Notes under the pieces: model-generated
What the model was told of the DNA's origin: nothing
Database searches by the model: none
The model's input: the letters and a program-made list of their open reading frames with translations, nothing else
Translations under genes and position numbers: made by a program
NCBI GenBank assembly: GCA_000320545.1
Contig: ADNK01000491.1
Location: forward strand, 1 to 38,141
Source of the DNA: Bigelowiella natans CCMP2755
Lineage: Eukaryota; Protista; Cercozoa
DNA length: 38,141 nucleotides
Direction of reading: 5' to 3'
Shown here: positions 25,439 through 37,986 of the stretch, one piece after another
Numbering within the stretch: position 1 is the stretch's first letter
Layout of the letters: each line of letters begins with the position of its first letter

Positions 25439-28400
25439 CTACTGGTGCTGGTTCTCTTCCCGTCCGTCCACGCTACGAGCAGCCTTCTTTCTAACATTGA
25501 TCTCATTGATCGCTCCTGTCAAATTCACCGCTCCAGCAGACTTTCGATGACCACCTCCTGGGCCGCCGCCTCCTCCGCCTCCTCCTCCTTTTCGCATGAT
25601 GTTTCGAAGAGGAGGCTGGAACTTTTTTAATGGGCTTTGGTGGTGGGAATGATGGTGATGCATGTGCTGGCGAGAATGTGGCGAATAATGTTTCGGAGAA
25701 GAGCGACGGGGATGGTGGTGATGATGATGAAGATGCTGGTGATGAAGGTGCCCATGATAGTTCTGCAGCGGCGGTTGAGCTCCTCGAGACAACGCTATAT
25801 GATTGGCATTAAAGCTTAGAGGCTTGGAATTACCAGAAGACATACTTCTTGAGGCTCTCGTTCGATGCTGTTGTTTCATATCGTGCAGAGGAGCAGCAGC
25901 AGCAGGAGCTGGAGGAAGGGGGTGATATATCTGACTGAATCCTGTGGCGGCTGAAGAGTGGTGCCCGTTGTTTTCATTATTCGATATTGTGTGATGTTGG
26001 AGAGGAGGGTTGAAGCCTATTATGGTGGGGGCACCACCCCCACCGAGGTACTGACTATGGTGATTGTGGCCCCAACTATGAGGGTGGTGTTGTCTTGGAA
26101 CCGACGACCTTTCAGGGGAGGAGTTGTGGTGGCTGTCTATCCTGAATGCTGTTCCATGATGATAAGGATAGTGCGGCGTCACCGGTTGCTGCTGCTGCTG
26201 TTGCACGTGCGAGTTTCGTCCTGGATAGCGCAGTTGTGGCGGTCCAGGGACCCACACCGCCCCTGCGCCTCCCTCCCCCCCTCTGTTGGGACTTTCCACG
26301 TGAAAAGGAGAGAACTCTTGAGCCGTCGAGTTGCTGCTTCGACGGATAGGGCTCATGCCTTGTAACGAGCTCGTTCTGAGCGGACTACCAATAGCAGGAC
26401 TTCCCCGTGGAAGCGATGACGATGACCTGCCCCAGAGACCACTCCCTCCTCCAGGAGACATCCCACGGCCGTGCGAACCAGAGGAGAATAAACCGCCCCC
26501 TCCTCCTCCTCCTCCTCCCCCTCCTAGGTGGACAGGGCTTCCTCTTGCCAGCATGGGTGTGCTAGCGAGGGTTAGAGAGTGCGAATGAGCGGTTTCCCGT
26601 AAGACAGGAGTGTGGTTCATAGGGGTATGGTCCGCCATTTCCTTGGAGAAACTCATGTCGGAAGAAGGAGTTTTTATCATGATCGCCTTACTTCTAGGGT
26701 GATGCCGACTAGGACTATCATAAAGCTTGTTGTCAGCTAATCCATGCCCCCACTGTGCTGTATTCCTACTGCTACTGCTGATTCCCGTTTGATGCTGATG
26801 CTGACGCTGACGCTGATGCTGATGCTGCAGCACAGTAGACTGGGGATGAGGAGGATGGTGAAACCCACTCGTGAATGGCTGCCTCAGCTGCACCGGAGCA
26901 GACCTCTCAAAGGTCAGTGTGTGCTGTTCAGGAGGGACATCAAAACCAAGAGTGCGTTTTTCTGGGCTGAAATGGGAGTTTTTCCTTGATGCTGGTGATG
27001 CTGCTGTGGCAGCCATGTTCTCGCCTACAATGAAAGGATGATCTAGAGCTTCCATGGGAGTTGCCCGCTCTTCCGGGTCTAAACGCAGTAGATTGGAAAT
27101 AAACGCTATAAATGTGCCCCTGGATTCCTTTTCCTTTTCCTTTTCCTCCGCGGATAGGCTCGTTCGGTAGGGATACTTGTAAACAAGAGAATCCAGTCGT
27201 GTGTGCTGCGTATAGTAAGTAGTAGAGGTAGTAGTAGTGATAAGGAGGAGGAAGAGGAGGAGGAGGAGGAGGAGGAGGGTATAAGAGGAATAAATGAAGG
27301 ATCAACTCCAACAACGACTTCGACTTCAAATAATTGGTGCAGAGTAAGGCTTATTTAAATTTCTAGTACCTTGAAGTACCGCTTTGGGTAAACAGGTGTT
27401 TTCTTGTTCTCATCGGCGTATCTCGCAATGGATTTTATTCGATACTCATCAATCATTTTGTCGTGGTCAAAAAAAAGAGATGCTTTCTTCGAACGTCGGC
27501 AGAGACGCTGTGGAACGCCGAGCATTTCAACTATCCTGAAAATCTGGTTGAAAGCGCTAACACCGGGAAAAAGGGGGAGTCCAAGGAACAGCTCAGCAGC
27601 CACACATCCTGAGAATACACATCGCCATTATTATTCAACATCTTTTGTATCACGGGGGTTTACTTCGAATCCATAAATTTAAATTCGTGCAGCATTTCAG
27701 AGAGGAAAGGTATAATCTTTAAAAAAGTTAGCGTGGACTTCTGGCTACTACCTATTGACCACATGTCTATTTTCATGTCGTAAGGAAGGCCTAAAAGGAC
27801 TTCCGGTGAGCGGTAAAATCTTGACTGAATATAAGAGTATACGGTGTGGTTTTTATCGCAAGCGGAGCCGAAATCAATAATCTTTATCTTTGCAGAGTTA
27901 AGGGAGGAGAGTAGAATATTTTCAGGCTTCAGGTCGCAGTGAATCACTCCTGCATTAGCCATCACATTCATAGCCCGTAGTATCTGCCTCAAAATTGTGC
28001 GTATTAGATTGCACGAGAGGCCTCGGAAACGATTCTGTTTGATGAGCTCATAGAGGTTGACACTCAGCATTTCAAAGACCAGACAAAGATGGTTCTTGAA
28101 GGAAAAATGGTCGTGTAGTCGCACAATGTTGTTTTCATCATTGGGATCGAATTTTTGGTTCAGCATGTTTAAAATCTTGATTTCTATTATTGCCTGCCGA
28201 TAATACGCCGGCTTATTCTTGATAACCTTGACCGCAACTTTTTTCTTTGTTGCAAGATCTTCAGCCTTCACAACTTGACCAAAAGTTCCCTTCCCGAGCA
28301 TCTCCTCTACTCTAAAACTCCGGAAAGGACCACTTTCGGAGTGAAGAATATCATTCGCGTACATCACTAAATTTGAGTCCGCGTTGTCCCTCCCAGAATT

Positions 28401-28889
28401 AGACACACCCTTGCAGGGTTTTGACAGAGCTCTCCGGGGTCGGACGCTGGGTTTATACTTAAACTTTGGGTTGCACTGGCGGTACAAATTAGCAATCATT
28501 ACTGTTGTAAGCTTTACCAGGAGCTGGGGTTCATGGCTTTTCTTGCGAATATTTGCACCCAATTCGCGATTCAAAAATCTTTTAAAAGGATGAGAAGAAA
28601 TTTCTGTCGACCCTGATTCATTTGATAAGTAAGCTTTAAAGCGTTTTTCCTGAGCCTCTTTAAGCTTCGACTTCAGATGAAGCTGTTTAAATTCTGTGGT
28701 GATACCGCTCCGAGGCGACAGTTCTTCCTTCTTGTCCTCACTTTTTCGCATTTCGCCCTTTGTTATTTTCTTTCGGATGGGAGAATTTTTTTCATTTCTA
28801 TTGATCGGAAGAACATTTTCTTCATCCTTACCTGGATTTCCGGCACCTTCCGTATGCGAGTTGTTGCTGGGAGTAGGACTCAGATCCAT
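25439..28889 (-). CDS. YAK1: YAK1-type DYRK family dual-specificity protein kinase; exons 28889-27752, 27608-27370, 27205-25439
   Basis: Motifs LGKGTFGQV, VAVKVIKNKPAY, HCDLKPEN, DFGSA, the DYRK activation loop YSYIQSRFYRSPE and DMWSIG|CVAAELFLGLPLFPG. The YAK1-specific pre-kinase segment is present (LVKLT...YRQCNPKFKY...PRRALSKP...NSGRDNADSNLV). Subdomain XI LLRLDPEERATPMEALDHPF leads into the 538-aa low-complexity ORF. Both introns are GT-AG and phase-consistent. Confidence 0.93.
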
Positions 28890-29595
28890 CCCCCATAAAC
28901 AGGAAGCGGGAGCACGATGGGTCGCAGGATTTTAAGACAGCTTACAACTGGAATTTTCGAAAGACGAAGAGATTAGGCGAGAAAGTGGGGGAGCAGCGTG
29001 TGGAGTGGTCTCCCCCCTTGATCTTCGGACCACCACGAGCTTAAAAGAGACCGATTCTGTATCTTTTTTTGGTTAAAACTTGATGTATTTGTTGTCGCGA
29101 CATCGAAATAAACCCCAATTCTTAGAGAATGAGTTTGCAATCAAACCTCTCGCGGAACTTGTTGGGAGTCACAGATGCTCCAGAATTTCAAGTGACGACA
29201 ATCTAATTTGATTGCAGCAAGGCTTAAATCCTATTGGAACACCGCATGTCTGCATTCTTCAAGCATGGTGCATCTAAATCTAGGCAGTGCACACATTATT
29301 TTTGAGCGAATACCCCCCCTCCTAAGATGGACAAATGCTTAATAATTTCTATGTGCGACAAGACTTTTCAAGCTTTTCCCCTCTCCAGTTGCCCTATGAT
29401 CACACCCGATTCTCGTTTTTGGTCGACACATGCAAACCAGCCGAGCACTGCTATCGGGAGAAGGGCGAAAGCAGAAGGAAACTGTGTGTCTGCTTGTCTA
29501 TTCGGTCTGTCTCAGTCGGCAAGCGTCCACTTTTTGACGCGCGCCTAAAGCAGTCCGGAGCAGCCCGAAGCACCAACTGATGAGGTCAGGATAAC
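28890..29595. promoter_or_regulatory. Probable bidirectional promoter / 5'UTR region between YAK1 and the DCP2-like gene
   Basis: About 700 bp, free of microsatellites, between divergent starts. Positional inference only. Confidence 0.35.
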
Positions 29596-31773
29596 ATGAT
29601 ACAAAGATCGGGCTCGTATTGTCTTGCATTCGACACGACAGAGGAGGGCCGAAATGTTATCATCCCGCGGAATATCCTACGAGAGAAGAAAATCGCGAAA
29701 ACCATAAAGATCTGTTTCAGCCTCACCGTCATCGCAATTATTTCCCTCATGGTACCCCTCCCCCAGTCCAATTTTGAGATTGTGATCCATGAAGTTTTTT
29801 TTTACCCAATACTAGGGGCTACAATCTCTCGAACCCATCCAATTCTCTCCCCCATCGGCTATTCGGAGTCAAGCCCAGATTCAGCAAAATAACGTGGAAG
29901 ATGTCTACCAATTTGGATCGTGGATGATGAAAGATATGAAGGTATAATATAACCAGTAGGATGATCATTTTTGTGTTAACAATTATAATGTTTTACAGAC
30001 CCTCCAGCAGTTTGACGAAGGGATGAATTGTCGCATCTGTCCATTGAATGTGAGTCGGAGCGAGGAACGAGCAATTGAAGCTACACTCAACGCTCGTCCG
30101 TCGAATCTGGTAAGCCTTTGCAATTTGTTTCCCTATGCTGCACTCTCTCATTCACTCATCACGTCTTCCAGACAGATTATTTTTCCAGTGTTGCCAAGCT
30201 GTTAGCAAATTTCTCCAAATGTGAATTTCACGAATCCCAAAGGTTGACGCGACTAAAAAGACATCCTCCTTGCCTGCGAGTTGATATATTTTCCATTGAG
30301 GATGATGATATGGTACTACTGTGCAGGAAGAGAAGCCCATCAACACCCTCTTGTAGTCTACGCAAAATATTTCCGTGTCTTCGGAAAATGCACTGGACGT
30401 ACCAGGATCGTTGGGCAAATTCGGGTTCGCAGCTGCCTCCTATTGGCTTCGAAACGTGAGTGAGCAAAGCAGCTGTTTATTCCGTCTATCATCTATCTCC
30501 TTTAGTAAATCTACCATTACAGCTGCTGCTGTTGCTTCAACCAAGCCGTAAAAATGACCGCTATTTTTTAGGTTTTGCCAGGAAGCTTTTGTTCGGTATC
30601 TTACTACCTATATGCGATTGAATATGAGTGCATGCGTGCGTGTATGTAAAGCTTCTATCTGAGAAATCTCCCCCTTCTATTTCCTCCTCCTTCTCTTTCA
30701 TCACGTTTCGTATTCCCTCGTTTACTTCTTCCCTTCTCACAATGGTGGTCAGAGTTTCTGCTCTTAAGGTACTAGGAGAGCGGAAATTTGATGCTTTGAA
30801 AGAAAGATTCAAGCAGGTCATGAACAAAACTTTAGTGGAGGATTCTCCCTTCTCCTCCTCCTCCTACTCCTCCTCCTCCTCCTCTTCGTCTTCTCCTACC
30901 CAGCTAGTCATCACACTACACTATTACTTACAACCGCATTATTCTACAAAAGATTAATTTATTCAACTACTCTAATATGATATCTTAGGCTCTTAGGCAG
31001 GCCCCTGTAATCGGAGCGATCTGCATCGATAACGCCACAATGGACGAGGTGCTGATGGTACGTTCATTCGGGGGCTATACTTGGGGGTTTCCTCAGGGCA
31101 AGCTAGAAGTACAAGAGAGGCCAGTGGATGCTGCCGTCAGGGAGGTACCTGGAGAACGAAAAACAGTAGAAAAGAGACGACGATAATGACAAGTTCATCA
31201 TTACTCTTAAATCACTACGCGAGAAAGCATACATCAATAATGCCTTAGGTGATGGAAGAGTGCGGAATCGATATATCCCACGAGCTGAATCCGGAGACAT
31301 ATATCCAGGTGATCATACAAATATATCCATACACTTCTCATCACCAAAATCATGGGTGGAGTCCGTTAAGCGACGGGACAGAATCCTTGTCGTCGAGGAA
31401 TGCACATGATCGATTTTGTCAGAACTATTTACATTTTTGGGAATGAGGAGGAGACTCATGTTTGAAGCGTCCTTGGAAAGAGCTCATCCATCCCGTTGTT
31501 TCACCATAATGTTTGTTCACTGTACCCTTCTCAAGGTTTATAGGAATGGAAGAATCACCCGATTATATCTCGTCCCACTGGCGAAGGTCTGTACGGCAAC
31601 CATGAGGATCACAATGATGATCATAATAAATACATAGCTGTATATGCTGTAATACATATAGCAGTCAATACTGTATCTTTCCTGCTTATCCCATTCATTG
31701 GCTACTTTGTTGAATTCTCATCTACATAGAAGCGGTGGCCATTGCCGGCACAAAAGCCATCATCATCACGGAT

Positions 31774-31812
<39 letters not shown>

Positions 31813-32345
31813 CGCTAGCCATGACTATGAGATTGGCGAAATCAAGTGGCAATCGCTTCGTGCTCTGGCCACCATCACCACCACCACTACCAAAACTGAT
31901 ACGACAACTACTACTACTGCTATGCAGCAGCAGCAGCAGCATGATGACGATGGCAGGGACGTAGGATATGATGCTGATGATGAACTCGTAGTATCACTTA
32001 GCAAATCGTCTATTCAGAGCAGAGCGGCTGCAGCGATGGAAAGTAGAAGAATGCCCTCCTCACCGCCGTTATCGTCTCCAGCAACACTAACGAGAGGAGG
32101 AGGAGGAGGAGGATCAGCAGCAGCAGCAGCAGCATCGTCGTCGTCTACATCTCCTGATGGTGCTGCAGGCTGCAGTGGCGGGGGTGGTGGATTTCAATAT
32201 AGTGGTTCGCTACGTGACACACTACCCCTGTTGATGAAATGGATTCACCTACATGATCAGCGCCATTATCATCCTTCTCTCACGCAGCAGCACAGGGTTA
32301 GTAGTGAAGTCTCAAATTGCATAATGATGGTAGCAGATATATGTT

Positions 32346-32376
<31 letters not shown>

Positions 32377-32743
32377 ACGACATCTTCGGAGTAGTGTGTA
32401 GTAGCAATGCGATTATTGGCCATCATCCCCCCGACTGCAGAGCCAAGTTCTCTTCACTTCCTTCTTCCTTTTCCTCCTCCTCCTCCTCCTCCTGCTACTT
32501 GCTGTTGCTGGTGATGATGTTGCGTGCGATTAGGAGACCCCTTCCAATGGTGTGGAGGAGACAAAGGAAGAGGAGATCGGGGGCCAGAGCCCACACAACG
32601 ACGACGACGGAAACAACAACAATGATCATCATCTTAGTTGGGGAGAGAGAGGAGGGGGACGAGACTACGATGAGAAGGGTGCTCATCGTGAATTTCGGAA
32701 GCGACTCCACCGAATCCTACAAGATTGGCGAAAACGCGAGTAA
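29596..32743 (+). CDS. DCP2: Dcp2-like mRNA decapping Nudix hydrolase with N-terminal hydrophobic leader
   Basis: A complete Nudix box GKLEVQERPVDAAVRE|VMEECGI (GX5EX7REUXEEXGU) is split by intron 31145-31248. It is preceded by Dcp2-type APVIGAICID...EVLMVRSFGGYTWGFPQG and a Box A-like segment (LLANFSKCE...RKIFPCLRKMHWTYQD...LPPIGFETFCQEAF), and followed by RLYLV and EIGEIKW. Exon 1 (29596-29751) ends ICFSLTVIAIISLM. The last exon ends RILQDWRKRE* at 32743. Confidence 0.85.
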
Positions 32744-33009
32744 CAGTGAATGATTTTGTAACATAGGTTTCTTCTTCTTCTTCTTCTTCTTCTTCTTCTT
32801 CCCTACTTCTCCTTCCTATTCTTTATCTTTAGTGAAAGCGGTAGCGTGACACATCCACTAATCACGATTATAGGGAGTTCCAGCGATGTGAAGACTTGAT
32901 GCTTTTCTCCGAGGATACCCCATGTCCCACACGCCGTCGGCACGGAAAAGATTGGAAAGCGAGGTCAATGATTGATCCTGATTATGATGATGATGATGAT
33001 GTATATCGG

Positions 33010-34037
33010 TCAGTGGCGTGAGAAGGGTAACGAGGCAATATCGAGGAGGATGTCAGCGCTAGAGCGATTGTACTCCTCGTTGAGTGTTGGCAATCTGATT
33101 GTTTGATTAAGAAGGAGATATGGAGTAGAGGGAGCGCGTGGACGCAAATGAAAATTTTAATGACTTTTCACGTTTTTCCCACGCACGATCGCACGCAAAG
33201 CAGCAGGCAATAATGCTATACGTAAACATATTTTCACAGGGTTAAGATGCTCATTTCTTCGCTGAATCCACAAAAATGCGATACGGTGAGTTTCACCCTT
33301 AACACATTGCGTGCACGTCATCCATCCCAATACTATTGGTATCCATTCTCTCCTCTCCTCCCCCCCTTCTCACCGTTTAGAAATGGTTGGAGGACGCATT
33401 TGAGAGGGTAGAAAGGATGGAGAGCCCTTTACGCGGCGCGCTTGTCGTCATATCAATTCTCGAGATCTTGAAGAAAGCGGATGATGATGATATATTCTCT
33501 GATTGGTAGGCCCACCAATCACAGCAATTCCCCCTTAATTTCGGTAGGATACCTGCATCACGTTCCATGCATGCTCGGTCATGGACGTGACCTTTGGTGA
33601 AACGTCCAATGATGGTGTCGTGTCCTTGCAGGTACATGGGATTACTAGACGATGATTTCAGATCCTATTGTATGCACTTGATCGATGCGTTAAACGTCCA
33701 ACGGATGGTAAAACAAGCTTTAGCGTAGTACGTGTAAATAGATAGTAAATGCAAAGCTAGCCAATTACTCTACACTTGTTTTAAGCTTAGATTCTGATTT
33801 CTGTGGTGATTGGCAGATATAGTTCACACCATTATGTAACACGTAGAAGTTGCTAGGATAGTGCAGGTGGTTGTTGTGGTCATGCTAACGATTATCTGGG
33901 CTTGGTGCTGTGATTATTTGTAGTTCTTTTTAGCGTACATCCATGCGACAGTTGTTATTGAATGTAAAGATGATAATTGAATATATATTGTTTATTTGGT
34001 AACGACGCATGTCTAGACGTATTTATTCCAGATAATT

Positions 34038-34077
<40 letters not shown>

Positions 34078-34187
34078 TTATATATGACTAAACTGCCTGG
34101 TCGAACTAGTTCTAAGTATGCGCAAAGCAAGAGCATCGCTGTAATATTAGAGAACACATGAAATTTATTCATTCGATCCTCCTGCAT
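33010..34187 (-). CDS. Possible small hypothetical protein with signal-like N-terminus
   Basis: Tentative exons: MQEDRMNKFHVFSNITAMLLLCAYLELVRP|GHDTIIGRFTKGHVHDRACMERDA|ARRVKGSPSFLPSQMRPPTISKR|LPTLNEEYNRSSADILLDIASLPFSRH*. The model needs a weak GC donor, and alternative splicings exist. Confidence 0.25.
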
Positions 34188-34557
34188 GTCCCACTGCGCT
34201 GATGTGATACGCGACAACGCTACTTCGCTATACACGATAAATATACTTGTTTGCGAGCGCATTTAGTCCTGCTAGCTTGCTAGCCTATCTATTGCATTGT
34301 GCCGTGCGAGCTAGCGAGGCCCGCATGCCTAATGCATGCTCACAAAGCTTCGGACTGACAACCTATTTAACAATTTACACATTTCAAGAGCACGTAATGC
34401 GACGTGAGATACTTGTCATTGAAAGCTGCCGGCAAGCAGGGCCGATATACACAGCAAGCTAGCAACGGGGTTGATCCGCGTAAAATTCATGAAGCAAGAT
34501 ACTTCAAACGCATCTGCAATAGTCTTTAACTTAGGGGGAGGGCTAGAGGGGAATAGA

Positions 34558-36528
34558 TCATTTGTTGACATTTTTTGTCAAATGCTGTTGATGCTTGGCC
34601 TTCACATGCTTTAGCATAGAGAGCATATCTGGAGAAGGGAAATCTGCGACAGTTGCTGAGCAGCAATCTGCAAGCTGTTTGAAGACAGGCTTCATCTCTC
34701 GATGAACCACTTCTGGATTCTATGTACAAAGAAGCATGTATAACTGACAATATGTTACCTTCATAAATAAATCAATATATTCAATACGTTCATTAAACTT
34801 ACCACGCTGTCCATGATCGTCTGAAGCAAATCGATTGAATTGAACATAAATTCATCAGAAAATTGTACAGAAGATCCACCGGGCTTAGGAGTCGTCTTTC
34901 CCTCTTCTTCTGTAGAATGTATTCTCTGATGGAGCTGGGCAAGGACGTGCTTGAATTGCGAAGTTGCAGCTTGGCTAAACTTATCCGGAATCCGGCGCTT
35001 TGGCTTGATGTTCGTGGTAGTATTTTTTCCATCACCAGCATCATCATCATCGTTTCCACTGCTGCTGTCGCTTCGATTAATCATGCGGCAACACAGGCGT
35101 GCCACCTCAGTCGCCAGAGCCTTCAAGGACAAAGATTCGCCATCACCATCATCGCAGTCTTCGTCAAGTATGAAAGCGATTGCCACAAGAACGTGCGCGA
35201 GATCATTCACTGCCGTTGCCGTGAGGATATTGCCCGAAAGGATCAGCATCGATTCCGCTAAGCGCATCTTCGAGGATGAAGATATGGAAGACGTCAGAGG
35301 CGAAGAAGATGGCAATGCCGATGACGACGACGGTGCTGATATTGAAGCTCGTCCTCTTGTTGCAGCCGATGTTGAAGTTGACGAAGAGGATGACGATGAT
35401 GATGGCAGTAGTAAAGAGTGGAGTGCAGTGGATAACTGCAAAGCTCCTCTTGCCTTCACGACAACTTTTCGCACGTCTTCTGAAGAGCAGACCTGACACC
35501 AACCAATCATGGAGAGTAGATGTAGTAGTAGTAGTAGTAGGAGGAGGAGAAGAAGAAGCACCATCTGTGAGGAATTACAATACAGCATTGGAAGAAAGAC
35601 TCTCGTCGTTCATTATCAGAAGATAGGGTTATGCGAGATGGTATAGATATCGAAATACACTTTCGGTGATCGTGATTGGTTCATTTTAAGGATGATAATA
35701 TTTTGAGCATGGGAGAAGAAAGAGAGAGAGAGAGAGAGAGATAGGAAGAAGAGGGGGGGGGGGGGGGGAGGAGGCAAATTTTCTAACCATTCCGTTCAAA
35801 AGCGCAAGTGCAGATTCAACTTTCTGGAATAAGAGCTGACGCTCTTCATCGGAGTTGTCATTGCACATGTTGATTGATGATGACGAAGTCGATGCTGCCG
35901 TTGTTGCTGCTATTGCTACTGATGATGATGATGATGATAATGATGATGATGATAGTAATGATGGCAAGGATGACGATTCATCTCGTTCGATTCCATTTCT
36001 TTGCTCCCTCTCACTGCCGCAACAAAACTTAATGTCGGTTGCTAAAGCCAGAAGAAATGGCGCAACGTGCACGCCAATTCCCAGCAAGAAGGAAAATATC
36101 TGAGAGGGAGGGAGCGAAAAAAATCAAATATATTTAAAAGGAGTGGATTAAGAAAACTGTTAATCTACGTCTAGAAGACAACGACGACCCTTTTGCTCAA
36201 CTCGTCGTCTTCGCAGTCATTCACTTGAGATAGCATGATCTCGGCACCTCCGGCCTTTTAGAAGCAAAGCAAAAATGTGTGATTAGTCCGAGGAGGGCCA
36301 GAAGAAGAGACCGATGCTACTGCTAAGGTTATTTCACTTGTTCTACCGAAAGAAAATCCCGTGTGCCTGCAGTGTTGTTCTGCAGCAAATTGCCCAGAGA
36401 GAAAACTGCCGCACACGCTACCTGTAAGAAGAGAGGAATCGTCGACTTAATACTGCACTAGTTAGTAACTATGGCTGGGAAAGGAAGTGGTGTTGTGGTA
36501 AATTGTGTGAGTGTGTATGCGTGTGTGT

Positions 36529-36570
<42 letters not shown>

Positions 36571-36686
36571 GAAGCTCCTACTTTATTGGACATTTTATTC
36601 TTTTGAAGCTCGGTGAGTATCTGATTCCGTGTAAAATTAAGCGTGGGGAGAATGGAATGAACACAAACAAACGCTAAATATATACG

Positions 36687-36733
<47 letters not shown>

Positions 36734-36754
36734 TGCACCCACACCATACAAAAG

Positions 36755-36810
<56 letters not shown>

Positions 36811-37679
36811 TGTGTTTGTGTATGTGTATGTGCACGCGCGCGATGTTAGCCAAGAGATAAATAACACTTTGCTCAAAATTTGTTTCTTCTTCTTCTTCTT
36901 CTTCTTCTTCTTTATTCAACGGATGACAGCAAGATAGAGCAATTTGCGACCACTCACCGTTTGAACCAAAGCAAGCTCGTGCGCCAACTCCTGCACTTTG
37001 GGGCATTCGTAGGAGAGATTTATCAGGGCTGTCAAGGCACCATAACTGCCATATCAAGACAACAAGAAGAACAGGAACAAGGTCAAGCATATTCGTGCAT
37101 GCTAGATCACGAAATAAGGGTTATTATAATGTCTACTCCCATCCTTCCCATACTGTTTTTTGTTTGAATGCGTGCTCCTGTTATCAATATTATTATTATT
37201 ATTATTATTATTATTATCATTATACCGAAGCTCTTCGTCTTGGTGTTTTAGATCACGGAGAAGGCCCTGGATCATACTGTGCGAGGAGGTGAAGAAGAAG
37301 AAGAAGAAGACACAACAGAAGCAGCAGCAGGGATACAAATGATGTACACCACGTTATTATTTATTACTATCAAAGATCCGAGTTCTGTAGGTCGTTCTCT
37401 TGATTGTACAACGTTTTTCTATCTTCGTTTGCTATTGTCACCAGAGCAGTATTTTGCTAGATTCATCAACTACTACCTGCGCGTGGCAAGCGAGCTCTGC
37501 ACGGCTGGTGAACCCTTGAATAATACAATAACAGCAGCAGGACGAATCGCATGGATCTCACTGAGAGGGATATACGAACTTGTTTCTTTCTGTGGTTTTC
37601 TTCATATTGCTGCTGTATTCATATCTCTGCTTACCTTCTATCCCTCGATGTAAGTGATACACAGATGAAACATAGAGAC

Positions 37680-37721
<42 letters not shown>

Positions 37722-37986
37722 TTTATCAATTTATATACAACAACAACCCATGCAAGGTGGGAGATTGCGATCCACACCAGAGCAATAACCCGCGTGTCCG
37801 TCCCTTCTTTGGAGATAAAATTGGTGAATTTAAAGCTTTTATCATCAAACAACAGCAACAACAACAAAAGTAGCAGTAAGTGAGCAAATGTGCGTATTCC
37901 CTCCTCACCGAAATCTGAAGACTCCTCCAACCCCCTTTCAACTATGGTCTTTAGAGTGCGGACAAAGCCCTTAGCCTTGTACCACG

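Noticed and set aside
25445-26989. Several plus-strand ORFs overlapping the YAK1 tail
   Set aside because: Antisense shadows of a GC-rich low-complexity exon.
25439-27055. 538-aa ORF treated as a stand-alone gene
   Set aside because: Its first residues (MEALDHPF) are kinase subdomain XI, so it is the last exon of YAK1.
33236-33245. CAGGGTTAA resembling a piggyBac right end
   Set aside because: I found no matching TTAACCCT left end and no transposase; a chance match is likely.
34951-35496. 181-aa acidic plus-strand ORF
   Set aside because: Antisense shadow of a large exon of the ARM-repeat gene.
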